Positions 48,074 to 57,445 of a DNA stretch of 64,000 nt are shown here, piece after piece; position 1 is the stretch's first letter, and each line of letters starts with the position of its first letter. A program made the position numbers and the translations under genes. The notes below the pieces were generated by a model, which was not told the DNA's origin, did not search any database, and saw only the letters and a list, made by a program, of their open reading frames with translations. The stretch covers positions 32,001 to 96,000 of the forward strand of contig JASFLY010000003.1 of NCBI GenBank assembly GCA_050117845.1. Reading direction: 5' to 3'. Source of the DNA: Candidatus Zixiibacteriota bacterium (GTDB lineage: Bacteria; RBG-13-66-14; B26-G2; WVWN01).

Positions 48074-49701
48074 TGACCGCCGACCTGCAAACACTCCTCG
48101 AACAGGCGCTCGCGGAGGCGAGCGCCGATATGGCGCCGGGCGAGGCCGAGTTCACGGTCCCCCCCGACGCCGACCACGGCGACCTTTCGACCAACGCCGC
48201 GCTCGTCTTCGGCAAGAAACTCGGCGTCAAGCCGCGCGACCTGGCCGGCGCCATCGCCGAAGCCCTCAAGGCCGCGCCGGACGCCGCCGCGGTCGAGGTC
48301 GCGGGGCCCGGATTCGTCAACGTACGCCTGGCCGACGAGGCGATTTTCGCCGCAGCCTCCCGGGCCCTCTCGGAAGGCGACGACTACGGCCGGAGCGACG
48401 TGGGCCGGGGCGCCCGGGTGCAGGTCGAGTTCGTCTCCGCCAACCCCACCGGCCCGCTCAACGCCGTGAACGCCCGCGCCGCCGCCTACGGCGACGCCCT
48501 CGCCCGCCTCCTCGAGTTCACCGGCCACGCCGCCGCCCGGGAGTTCTACGTCTGCGACGTGGGGACGCAGATGGACCTGCTGGCCCAATCGGTCCGGGCG
48601 CGGATGCTGGAACTGAGAGGCGAAGCGGCGGAACTGCCGGAGGGCGGCTACCGTGGCGAGTACGTCGTCGACCTGGCCCGGCAGCTATCCGAAGCCGGGG
48701 CCGTCTCGCCGGGCGACGACGACGGCCGCATCGCCGCCGCCGCCGCCGAGGCCGTCGTGGCCGGCCAGCGCGCCGACCTGGGGAGTTTCGGCGTCGAATT
48801 CGACGAGTGGTTTCCCGAATCGTCGCTCTATCCCGACGCCGTGGCCCGGGCCCGGAAGCTGTTGGCCGAACGGGCCGCGACCTACGAGAAGGACGGCGCC
48901 ACGTGGCTGCGGACGACGGCCGCGGGCGACGACGAGGACCGCGTAATCGTCCGGGCCGACGGCAGGCCCACCTACTTCATGGCCGACGTCGCCTACCACC
49001 TGGACAAACACGAACGAGGCTTCACGAGGGTCATCGACGTCCTGGGCCCCGACCACCACGGCCACGTGAAGAAACTCCACGCCATGGTGGAACTGCTGGG
49101 CCTGCCGGCCGACTGGCTGGAGGTCGTCATCTGCCAGCAGGTGAATATGCTGGAGGGCGGCGAGAAGGTCAAGATGTCGAAACGGGCCGGCGCCCTGGTC
49201 ACGATGCGCGAGGTCCTGGAGCAGATAGGCACCGACGCCGCGCGCTTCTTCTTTTTAATGCGGACCCCCCCGGCCCACCTCGACTTCGACCTCGAGCTCG
49301 CGCGCAGCCAGACGCCGGATAACCCGGTGTACTACGCCCAGTACTGCCACGCCCGCGTCGAGAGCGTCCGGCGGGAAGCGGGCGAAGACATGGCGAACGC
49401 CTCCCCCCAAGACTTCGACGCCGCCGAACTACCCCTCCCCGAGGAACGCCTTCTCGCCCGGACCATCTGGGAGTTCCCCGGCTTCGTCGAAGCCGCGGCC
49501 GCCCGCCGCGAGCCCCACCGCCTGACGGCGTACGCCGGCCGGCTGGCCTCCCTCTTCCATAATTATTATCACCACCACCGCATCCTCCAGGCCGACACGG
49601 CGGGCCAGGCCCGCGCCCGGCTCTTCCTCGCCCGGGCGGTGGGCCGGACCATGAAAAACGCGCTCGGCCTGTTGGGCGTGAGCGCGCCGTCCCGCATGTA
49701 A
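48073..49701 (+). CDS. argS: Arginine--tRNA ligase
   Basis: HGDLSTN, GPGFVN, EFVSANPTGPL, GPDHHGH, KMSKR, YAQYCHAR, GVSAPSRM. Confidence 0.96.
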   Translation: MTADLQTLLEQALAEASADMAPGEAEFTVPPDADHGDLSTNAALVFGKKLGVKPRDLAGAIAEALKAAPDAAAVEVAGPGFVNVRLADEAIFAAASRALSEGDDYGRSDVGRGARVQVEFVSANPTGPLNAVNARAAAYGDALARLLEFTGHAAAREFYVCDVGTQMDLLAQSVRARMLELRGEAAELPEGGYRGEYVVDLARQLSEAGAVSPGDDDGRIAAAAAEAVVAGQRADLGSFGVEFDEWFPESSLYPDAVARARKLLAERAATYEKDGATWLRTTAAGDDEDRVIVRADGRPTYFMADVAYHLDKHERGFTRVIDVLGPDHHGHVKKLHAMVELLGLPADWLEVVICQQVNMLEGGEKVKMSKRAGALVTMREVLEQIGTDAARFFFLMRTPPAHLDFDLELARSQTPDNPVYYAQYCHARVESVRREAGEDMANASPQDFDAAELPLPEERLLARTIWEFPGFVEAAAARREPHRLTAYAGRLASLFHNYYHHHRILQADTAGQARARLFLARAVGRTMKNALGLLGVSAPSRM

Positions 49702-49721
49702 AGGGGCAGTTAAGGAGTGAA

Positions 49722-51338
49722 TCAGGACCCGCGGCCCGCCGCGGGTTTTAGTTTTACGCCCGGCTCAACGAAGACGACCTCGCCGCCGCGCGGGAGAACG
49801 CGCCCCGCGGGCCCCTTGGCCCGGCGGACGTGGCGCCGCTCGACGACGATGACCGGGACCAGGCCCGAGTGCTTATCGCCGGAGTAGAAGGCCGCCAGCG
49901 CCGCCGCCTCTTCCACCGTGCGGCGCGGCACCGGCTTATTCTTGTCGTCCCGACGTATCACGACGTGCGAACCCCGGGCCTGCTCCGCGTGGAGCCACAG
50001 GTCGTGGGGCCGGGCGACCTTGAAGGTAATCTCGTCGTTCTCGGCGGCGCTCCGGCCTACGATGACGAGTAAGCCGTCGGACGACAGGAAACGCCGACCG
50101 GGACCCGATTGAACCTTGCCCGCCGACTTCGCGGCCGGCCCATCGTCCTCCCGCCAGGGCTCTAGTTCCTCGAGCGACGTCGCCTCCCGCAGTTCCGCGA
50201 GTTCCGCCCGGGCTTCGGCCAGTTCGCCGTCGAGCGCCGCGAGCCGTTCGGCCACGGCCTCCACGCCCCGTTTGGCCCGCCGGTACTTTTTGAAGAGCCG
50301 TTCCATATTCTCCGCCGGCGACAGGTCGGCTTGCAACTCTATTTCAAGGTCGCCGCCGCCGTACGGATCCGGCAAGGTCACGGAGGGCATGCCGCGGCGA
50401 AGCGAGGCCAGGTTGTACTTCAACGCCTCCCCCATCCTCCTGTAATCCTCATATTGGCCGTACTCGTCGCGGCGCCGCTCCAGCTCGCGGCGCTGGCGCT
50501 CGAGCCGCTTCACCCGGGTCGCGAGGCGCCGCTCCGCCGCCCGCCGTTCGTCGTCGAAACGCGAGGCCGTCTCGTTCTCGGCGTAAGCGTACGCCACGGC
50601 CTCGTTGACGCCGTCGAAACGCCGCACCTCGGCGGCGTCGGCGTCGAACAACGGCCCCGCGTACGGCCGCCACGTACCGTCCACAAGCACGGCCGCGGGG
50701 GCCGTCTCCCCGGCGGCTACACGGGCGAAGGCTCCGAAACGCTCGGCCGCGTGCTCTTCCGTCCCGCCGGCGACTATCCACCGCGCTACGAGGGGAGACA
50801 TATAAGCCACGCCGCGGGAGAGAGCCGCGGCGCCTTCTTCGACCAGGTACGGCCCCGGGCCCTCGGCCGCCGCGTCGGCCGCGGCCTTGCGGCCCCGGTC
50901 GCCGGGCCAGGGGTACGGTTCCCCCACGGGGAGTTTCCGGCCGGCCAGGCATTCGGCCACGGCGTCGCCCTCCAAAACGAAGACGCCGCCGGCCCGGCCG
51001 AAGAACTCCGCCACTACCCGGCGCGCCCCCCCCGGCCCCCCCTGCCCCGCGACGTCGATTATCAATATGCGGTCGTCGTACCACTGGCGGAATTCGACTA
51101 TCCGGGCGTCCTCCAAAGACGACCGGACGCGCCCCCGCCTGCCGCTCCGTATCTCCTCGGCGAAAAACGCGGCCCCGCCGTCGCCCGGGGCGAGCGTCAA
51201 CGTACGGCGGTTGCCGTCCGCGGCCGTAAGGGCCAACGCGACCGGCGCCTCCGGCAAACGGAAAACGCCTACCACAGCCGAGCCGGCCAGGGCCGAATTT
51301 AATTCGGGGAGTAAAACCGATAAGGTTAGCTCATCCAA
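49722..51338 (-). CDS. rqcH: NFACT/RqcH (FbpA-like) ribosome quality control protein
   Basis: DDRILII, EFFGR, SPAEN..FKKY, GRSAAENDEIT, WLHA..GSHV. Confidence 0.85.
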   Translation of the reverse strand: MDELTLSVLLPELNSALAGSAVVGVFRLPEAPVALALTAADGNRRTLTLAPGDGGAAFFAEEIRSGRRGRVRSSLEDARIVEFRQWYDDRILIIDVAGQGGPGGARRVVAEFFGRAGGVFVLEGDAVAECLAGRKLPVGEPYPWPGDRGRKAAADAAAEGPGPYLVEEGAAALSRGVAYMSPLVARWIVAGGTEEHAAERFGAFARVAAGETAPAAVLVDGTWRPYAGPLFDADAAEVRRFDGVNEAVAYAYAENETASRFDDERRAAERRLATRVKRLERQRRELERRRDEYGQYEDYRRMGEALKYNLASLRRGMPSVTLPDPYGGGDLEIELQADLSPAENMERLFKKYRRAKRGVEAVAERLAALDGELAEARAELAELREATSLEELEPWREDDGPAAKSAGKVQSGPGRRFLSSDGLLVIVGRSAAENDEITFKVARPHDLWLHAEQARGSHVVIRRDDKNKPVPRRTVEEAAALAAFYSGDKHSGLVPVIVVERRHVRRAKGPAGRVLPRGGEVVFVEPGVKLKPAAGRGS

Positions 51339-51361
51339 ACGTGAAATCCTTCGCTTTAACC

Positions 51362-51390
51362 TTGACTTTCGCGCCGGGGCGGCCGATAAT
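51362..51390 (+). promoter_or_regulatory. Promoter, probably (near-)leaderless
   Basis: TTGACT-N17-GATAAT; ATG 8 nt after the -10, no SD. Confidence 0.5.
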
Positions 51391-51398
51391 TACGGCGT

Positions 51399-51761
51399 AT
51401 GGAAGCGTTATTCGACGTGCTGGACTACTTCACCTACGGTATCGCCATCGTCGGCGGCCTGCTGGCGATCCTCTGGATTTTTAATAGTACCATTAAGGAA
51501 CGCCGGGGCGTAGAACGCCGCGCGGCGCGGGTGCGAAACCCCGCGTTCGAACGCATCCTGACCCAGGGCGCGTTACTCCAGCGTCTCGGCTTCAGCACGG
51601 CCTCCGTCGCTACCGGCGTCGCCATTCTCTGGTTCGCCCGGGGTTATTATAACAAATACCACGTCAACGTCGCGACCGCGTACTTTTACGTGGCCGCGGT
51701 TCTTATCGGCATTGGGGCCATCGGCGTTATACTATGTTTACTCTTCCGAAATAAGGAGTGA
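51399..51761 (+). CDS. Hypothetical 3-TM membrane protein
   Basis: 120-aa ORF with three hydrophobic segments. Confidence 0.7.
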   Translation: MEALFDVLDYFTYGIAIVGGLLAILWIFNSTIKERRGVERRAARVRNPAFERILTQGALLQRLGFSTASVATGVAILWFARGYYNKYHVNVATAYFYVAAVLIGIGAIGVILCLLFRNKE

Positions 51762-51765
51762 TAAT

Positions 51766-52677
51766 ATGAAAAAGATATCCGTAATTATATCAGCCATACT
51801 CGTCGCTACCGCCCTTTTGTTCTGGGGCTGCGGTACGACCGACCAACCCACCGTCAAATGGCTGAGTTCCATGGAAGAGGGTAAAGAGAAGGCGACATCG
51901 GAGAAGAAGCACCTCCTCGTATATTATAGCGCCGACTGGAGTAAGATGTCGGAGCGGTTCGAGGACGACGTCCTGGACGACGCCACGGTCGAGGAAAAAC
52001 TGGCCGCCGACTTCATAGCGGTCCACATCGATTCCGACGTGGACGAGGAGACGCCGGTCGCGTACAACGTAAACGCCTTCCCCACTACCATCTTCTATAC
52101 GCCCACCGGCGAGGAGGTTACCCGGGTCGTGGGCGCGGTCCCGGCCGAGGAATTCGCGAAACTGGTGGACGACATTGTGGCCGGGAAAGTCGAGACGTTG
52201 GTGCAGCTCCTGGCCCGCGAGGAGGCCAACCCGGACGACCTGAAACTCGCGTACGAGATAGGGACGATGTACGTCGAGACGGGCCGGCCGGAGAAAGCCC
52301 GGTCCCGCTTCGATAAGGTCATCGCGGGCGACGCGGAGAACGGAACCGGCCTCGTCCCCGGCGCACTCCTGCAACGGGGTTTCATCGACCTAATGGCCCC
52401 CAACGCGGAGGGCGCGATTCCGGCCTTCAACGAGGTCATAGAGAAATACCCCGATTCCCCGGAAGCGGTTAAATGCTACCTCTACCTGGGCGACGCCGAC
52501 CATCTACTCGACGACGTTGAGGGAGCCGTAGAAGCCTACCGTCACGTCGTCGAGGCTTACCCGGATTCCCCGGAGGCGGAAGAGGCCCAACGCAAACTGA
52601 CGAAGCTTACGATGTTCGAGGATACCGTGGAAGCTTTCGCCCAGGGTCCCGAGACGGCGGCCGGCGAAGGCAAATAG
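51766..52677 (+). CDS. Thioredoxin-fold + TPR lipoprotein lacking CxxC
   Basis: SD AAGGAG; lipobox FWG-C; YSADWSKMS, FPT..F, TPRs (KYPDSPEA). Confidence 0.8.
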   Translation: MKKISVIISAILVATALLFWGCGTTDQPTVKWLSSMEEGKEKATSEKKHLLVYYSADWSKMSERFEDDVLDDATVEEKLAADFIAVHIDSDVDEETPVAYNVNAFPTTIFYTPTGEEVTRVVGAVPAEEFAKLVDDIVAGKVETLVQLLAREEANPDDLKLAYEIGTMYVETGRPEKARSRFDKVIAGDAENGTGLVPGALLQRGFIDLMAPNAEGAIPAFNEVIEKYPDSPEAVKCYLYLGDADHLLDDVEGAVEAYRHVVEAYPDSPEAEEAQRKLTKLTMFEDTVEAFAQGPETAAGEGK

Positions 52678-52701
52678 GACGGCGGTAAAGCACGCGAAAA
52701 C

Positions 52702-52731
52702 AAAAAGCCGACCCGCGGGGCCGGCTTTTTT
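52702..52731. terminator. Bidirectional terminator
   Basis: A5-GCCG...CGGC-T6 between convergent genes. Confidence 0.75.
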
Positions 52732-52744
52732 ACTTGTAAGATTG

Positions 52745-53674
52745 TTACGCCGGGCTACCGGCCGGTTTCGGCCGTCGTATGGACTCCGGTTCGCGCAGGA
52801 TGAAGTAGCGCGGATTAACGGGGATGCCGTCCTTGATAACCTCGTAATGGACGTGGGTGCAACTCGAGCGGCCGGTGCTCCCCACGTACCCGATGACCTG
52901 ACCCCGTTTCACCTCGGATCCGACGCGTACGGCGTTCCGCATATTATGGGCATAGCGGGTAACGTAGCCGCTGCCGTGGTCTATCTGGACCGTCAGGCCG
53001 TAATGCTCCTCCAGGCCCGCCGCCGTTACGACGCCCGCCGCCGTCGCGACGACGGGAGTGCCGCGCGGCGCCGCGACGTCTAGGCCCGCGTGCATCTCCA
53101 CCCTTCCGGTGAACGGCGACACGGTGTTGCCGAAGTCCCGGTATAGCCAGCCCTGGCAGGGCATAATGGACGGCACGACCTCGAGCAGGCCCGGGTCCTC
53201 GTCGAAACGCGTGCTGACCTTACCCAGGTTCTCCTCGAGCCGGGCGACGCGTTCGGCGACGCCGTCGAGCGTCCCCGCGTTATCCAGTTCCTCGTATACC
53301 AGCAGGTCTTCGGGGTCCCGGACCTCGTGGAGGCGATGTTCGCGCTCCAGGAGTTCGTATTGGCCGCCGACCTCCTCGACCTTGACGTCGAGTTCGTCGA
53401 GACCCTTTTCCATCACGTCGAGCTTGTAACTCTCCTCGCGCTCCCGCTTCTCGTACGCGCCGAGCTGGGAAAGTTTTATAACGTTTTTCCAGTAATCGGA
53501 AACCATCAAACCCGCCGCCACGAGAACGGCAAGCGTCCCCGATACCAAAAACACGAGCACGATGACGTGGACGAGGAGGTTCCGGCTCCGGCCGCCGCCG
53601 TGCGGAACGATCATCACGTTCATCCGGCCGCTCTTGGCGCGGGCCGATTTATTCTTGTCCTTCTTCTTAAACAT
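52745..53674 (-). CDS. M23 family peptidase
   Basis: TM, coiled coil, PSIMP, HAGLD, TRYAH, HVHYEV. Confidence 0.9.
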   Translation of the reverse strand: MFKKKDKNKSARAKSGRMNVMIVPHGGGRSRNLLVHVIVLVFLVSGTLAVLVAAGLMVSDYWKNVIKLSQLGAYEKREREESYKLDVMEKGLDELDVKVEEVGGQYELLEREHRLHEVRDPEDLLVYEELDNAGTLDGVAERVARLEENLGKVSTRFDEDPGLLEVVPSIMPCQGWLYRDFGNTVSPFTGRVEMHAGLDVAAPRGTPVVATAAGVVTAAGLEEHYGLTVQIDHGSGYVTRYAHNMRNAVRVGSEVKRGQVIGYVGSTGRSSCTHVHYEVIKDGIPVNPRYFILREPESIRRPKPAGSPA

Positions 53675-53689
53675 GGAGTTAACCCGCGT

Positions 53690-53718
53690 ATTTTACCGAA
53701 AAACCGCCGGCCGGTCAA
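53690..53718 (-). promoter_or_regulatory. Promoter for the M23 gene
   Basis: TTGACC-N17-TAAAAT. Confidence 0.65.
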
Positions 53719-53923
53719 GGTCAATCCGTAGCCCGCACGGGCCGGTAAGCCCTTTCTTTGCCGCTGTGGACGCCGCTCCGCGTCGGCCGCCGCGGGCTCC
53801 GGGCGCCTCCTCGCGCGCTGCGGGGTCGCCCTCCGCACTGTAGTCGACGCCGGACCTACCGTTCGCGGGACGGGGATTATCGCCCGTCGGGCCAACGGGT
53901 ACCAGCACTCGATAATACGAGTT

Positions 53924-54670
53924 CTATTGGGGGGGGTTAGGCCGACCCGCCAGCGTTTTTTTCTTCCGCCGCAGACGCAATACGCCCAGGAACGCGGTCA
54001 ATATCTCCGTGCGGGAAAGGTTGGATTGGCCTCGCCGCCGGTTAACGAAAACGGTCGGCACGTCGGCGAAGCGGCAGCCCCGGAGGTAAAGTTGGTAGGC
54101 TATCTCGCTCAGGACGATGTACCCGGACGCGTCGATCAACGAGGGGTCGAGCGCCTCCACCGCCGACCGTCGGTAGCAGCGGTATCCGTTGGTGTAGTCC
54201 GAGATGGGAATGCGCAGGAAAAAGCGGGCGTAGAGGTTGGCCAGTTTGCTAAAAAAGCGCCGGGTCCCGGGCCAATTCTCTATGCGGGAATCCGGCAGGT
54301 AGCGCGACCCGACGACGACGTCCGCCGCCGCCACCGCATCGAGGAATAGCGGCAGCTCCTCCGGCCGGTGCGAGAAGTCGGCGTCCATCTCGAAGAAGAG
54401 GTCGTAATCCCCCGGAAGGCCGCGTGCGAAGCCGGCCAGCACCGCTCCCCCCCGGCCGCCCTTGCCCTCCCGGCACAGCACGTCCATGCGGCCGGGGAAC
54501 TCCGCCGCCACGGCCTCGGCCGCCGCGGCCGTGCCGTCCGGCGAGTTATCGTCCACCACGAGGACGTCAGGCCGCTCCGGCCTCTCCAACAGGACCCGAC
54601 ACAAGGCGGGGACGTTATCGTGCTCGTTATACGTCGGAATAACTACGAGGATGCGAGGCGCCATTATCAC
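53924..54670 (-). CDS. GT2 polyprenol-monophosphosugar synthase (DPM1-like)
   Basis: IPTYNE, VDDNSPDGT, EMDADFSH, GSRY, DYTNGYR. Confidence 0.9.
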   Translation of the reverse strand: MIMAPRILVVIPTYNEHDNVPALCRVLLERPERPDVLVVDDNSPDGTAAAAEAVAAEFPGRMDVLCREGKGGRGGAVLAGFARGLPGDYDLFFEMDADFSHRPEELPLFLDAVAAADVVVGSRYLPDSRIENWPGTRRFFSKLANLYARFFLRIPISDYTNGYRCYRRSAVEALDPSLIDASGYIVLSEIAYQLYLRGCRFADVPTVFVNRRRGQSNLSRTEILTAFLGVLRLRRKKKTLAGRPNPPQ

Positions 54671-54688
54671 CGTTCGCCCGGCGGCCGC

Positions 54689-55915
54689 TCAGCGGCCGGC
54701 GATAAACTCGTCGAAGAGGCCGACGACGTAATCGGCGTCGTCGTCCGTTATGTTCTGGTGACAACCGATGTAGAAACCGCGCGAGCCGACGTACTCGGCC
54801 CCCGGGAAATCTCCCTCGCGGTGCCCCATCCATTCGTACGCCGGCTGTTGGGTGGGGATGGCCCCGAAGGCCGGCCTGGTCTCGACGCCGTGCTGCTCGA
54901 GATACTTGGTCAACTCGAAGCGCTGGAAGGGCGCCCCTTCCCGGACGACGATGGGATAGCAGAGGGGGCTTATCTCCTCGCCCTCGGCGGGACGGAATAG
55001 CTTCAGGTATTCCTCGTACCGGACCAGCCGCTCGTTGTAATATTCCAGGCGGGCGCGCCGGGCCCCGACGATGTCGTCCATCAACGCGACCTGCTCGACG
55101 CCCAGCGCCGCCTCCAGCTCGTTCATCTTGCTGGAGAAACCGACGCGTTCGAAGTGGAAGCGAATATCGGTGTTGTCACCGTATTTGTAGCGGAGGGGGC
55201 AATAACTGGAGTCGACGTTGAGGACGCAGACCTTGCAATCGCAGGCGCGGCCGTGGGCGCGGATACTCCGGCAGAGGCGGGCCAGGTCGGCGTCGTCGGT
55301 TATGACCATGCCGCCCTCGCCCGTCGTCAGGATATGGGCCACGTAGAACGAATAGGTGGCCATGGCACCGAAGGTCCCGACGAGGCGGCCTTTGTAGCGG
55401 GCGCCGTGGGCCTCGGCGGCGTCCTCGATGAGCGTCAGATTATGGCGCCGCGCGACGTCCATAAGCTCGTCCAGCGGCGCCGGCCGGCCGAAGTTGTGCA
55501 CGGCCATAATCGCGCGCGTCTTCGGCGTTATGGCGGCCTCGACGGCGGCGGGGTCGAGATTATAACTATCCGGGTCCACGTCCGCGAAACGGGGCGTCAG
55601 GCCGGCGTGCAGGACGGCGTTCGCGACCGAGATAAACGTGAGGGCGGGGACCACTACCTCGTCGCCCCGCCGGGCCCCGGTCTCGAGCAGCGTCGCGACG
55701 GCGACGGCGTCGGCGTCGGTCCCGGTCGAGACCGCGATGCCGTACTGCAGGCCGTGGTACGCCGCGAAGGCGTCCTCGAATTCCTGGACGTATTTGCCGC
55801 CCGAAATCCGGCCCCGCGTCAGGGCTTCCATTACGCGTTTTTTCCCGTCCTCGCCCACGGCCACGGTGCCGACGGAGATGCGGCGCTCGGGGGCGGGCAC
55901 CTTTTTTTCGACCAT
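54689..55915 (-). CDS. DegT/DnrJ-family enzyme with His at the PLP-Lys position (RfbH/ColD-like sugar 3-dehydratase)
   Basis: EDAAEAHGA, SFYVAHILTTGEGG, HGRACDCKVC..C. Confidence 0.8.
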   Translation of the reverse strand: MVEKKVPAPERRISVGTVAVGEDGKKRVMEALTRGRISGGKYVQEFEDAFAAYHGLQYGIAVSTGTDADAVAVATLLETGARRGDEVVVPALTFISVANAVLHAGLTPRFADVDPDSYNLDPAAVEAAITPKTRAIMAVHNFGRPAPLDELMDVARRHNLTLIEDAAEAHGARYKGRLVGTFGAMATYSFYVAHILTTGEGGMVITDDADLARLCRSIRAHGRACDCKVCVLNVDSSYCPLRYKYGDNTDIRFHFERVGFSSKMNELEAALGVEQVALMDDIVGARRARLEYYNERLVRYEEYLKLFRPAEGEEISPLCYPIVVREGAPFQRFELTKYLEQHGVETRPAFGAIPTQQPAYEWMGHREGDFPGAEYVGSRGFYIGCHQNITDDDADYVVGLFDEFIAGR

Positions 55916-56027
55916 AAATTACCCTCGTGGAATCGGAATGTAAAACGGCGTCGGCCTGCGACGTACTACCGTAAAAAAGTAGTCCCGGTAAAGCTTTTAG
56001 GGGGCGAACGGGCCGGGGCCGTTTTAA

Positions 56028-56056
56028 TTGACGCTCAAATTGACGAATGCTATAAT
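56028..56056 (+). promoter_or_regulatory. Promoter for folK-panBCD
   Basis: TTGACG-N17-TATAAT with extended TG. Confidence 0.8.
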
Positions 56057-56074
56057 GTATCATAAAATACAATT

Positions 56075-56581
56075 ATGATGCGCGATAAAATAAATGCTTT
56101 CCTGGCCCTCGGTTCGAACGAGGGGGACCGTCTCGCGAATATCGACGCGGCCGAGTCCGCCGTAGCAAGCGCCTCCGGGATTTACCTCGACCGGTCGTCG
56201 CCCACGTACGAATCCCCGGCGGCCGAACCGTGCGAGGGGCAGCCCGACTTCCTCAACCGCGTACTGGCCATCGAGATCTGGCTCACGCCACGGGAGCTGC
56301 TCACGACCTGTCTCGATATCGAAAATAAGCTGGGCCGCGACAGAGGAAAAGAGGGCGACCCCCACGTGATAGACGTCGATATCCTGCTTTTCGGCGACCT
56401 TATCCTCGACGAAGCGGACCTCAAAATCCCGCACGAGGCCCTGGCGCGCCGGCCTTTCTTCCTCAAGCCCCTCGCCGACTTGACCGGAGACATCATCCTC
56501 CCCGGCTACGGCGTATCCATCAACAGCCTGCTGGCTGGACTCGCGCCGTACGAGTTGACGCTTTTCGAAAAGAAATACTAA
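56075..56581 (+). CDS. folK: 6-hydroxymethyl-7,8-dihydropterin pyrophosphokinase
   Basis: LALGSN.GD, FLN, IE..LGR, IDVDIL, IPH. Confidence 0.9.
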   Translation: MMRDKINAFLALGSNEGDRLANIDAAESAVASASGIYLDRSSPTYESPAAEPCEGQPDFLNRVLAIEIWLTPRELLTTCLDIENKLGRDRGKEGDPHVIDVDILLFGDLILDEADLKIPHEALARRPFFLKPLADLTGDIILPGYGVSINSLLAGLAPYELTLFEKKY

Positions 56582-56583
56582 AT

Positions 56584-57441
56584 ATGAATAAAACTACCGC
56601 CGCCGATATTATCAAACTCAAGCGCGATGGGAAACCCGTGGTATGCCTCACGGCGTACGACTACCCCACCGGCGCCGTCGTGGACGAGGCCGGCGTAGAC
56701 CTTATCCTCGTCGGCGATACGGTGGGAATGGTTGTCCAGGGCCGCGAGAACACGCTGGCCGTCACGGTCGACGAAATGGTCTACCACGTCGCCATGGTCA
56801 AACGGGCGACGGAGCGGGCGATGCTCGTGGCCGATATGCCGTTTATGTCCTTTCAGGAAAGCGACGAGGAAACCCTCCACAACGCCGGCCGGCTTATCAA
56901 AGAGGGCGGGGCCGAGGCCGTCAAGCTGGAAGGGGCGACGCCCGACACCGTGCGCCGCATAAAAAAAATCGTCGGCAGCGGCGTCCCAGTGATGGGCCAT
57001 TTGGGGTACACGCCCCAGAGTTTCCATTATTTCGGCCGACATATCGTCCAGGGAAAAACGGCCGCCCGGGCCCGTGTCATGGTCGAGCAGGCATTGCTCC
57101 TGCAGGAGGCCGGGTGCTTCTCCATCGTCCTCGAGATGGTCCCGCGCCAACTGGCCGGCCTTATATCGCGCAAGCTGTACGTGCCCACCATCGGCATCGG
57201 ATCCGGGGCGGAATGCGACGGCCAGATACTGGTCCTCCACGATCTGGTCGGGTTCTACCGGGGATATATCCCCAAGTTCGTCCGTAAACTCGCGGACGTT
57301 AACGAGGCTATGCGGGAAGCCGTTGTGCAGTACGGGGAGTTGGTCCGGAACGGGGAATACCCCGCCGACGAGGAATCGGTGGAAATGGCCGAGGACGCCT
57401 GGGCCGAAATATCCGAACTCGACCGGCCGGACGAGGGTTAA
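56584..57441 (+). CDS. panB: Ketopantoate hydroxymethyltransferase
   Basis: LTAYD, LVGD, ADMPF, VKLEG, GHLG.TPQ, IGIGSG, DGQILV. Confidence 0.97.
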   Translation: MNKTTAADIIKLKRDGKPVVCLTAYDYPTGAVVDEAGVDLILVGDTVGMVVQGRENTLAVTVDEMVYHVAMVKRATERAMLVADMPFMSFQESDEETLHNAGRLIKEGGAEAVKLEGATPDTVRRIKKIVGSGVPVMGHLGYTPQSFHYFGRHIVQGKTAARARVMVEQALLLQEAGCFSIVLEMVPRQLAGLISRKLYVPTIGIGSGAECDGQILVLHDLVGFYRGYIPKFVRKLADVNEAMREAVVQYGELVRNGEYPADEESVEMAEDAWAEISELDRPDEG

Positions 57442-57445
57442 AACG

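Noticed and set aside
51937..51951. Selenocysteine in the thioredoxin motif
   Set aside because: Codons are AGT and TCG, with no in-frame TGA
53836..53922. Purine riboswitch-like ends (ACTCGTA...GACTAC) on the minus strand
   Set aside because: Lacks the conserved junction and loop sequences and has the wrong length
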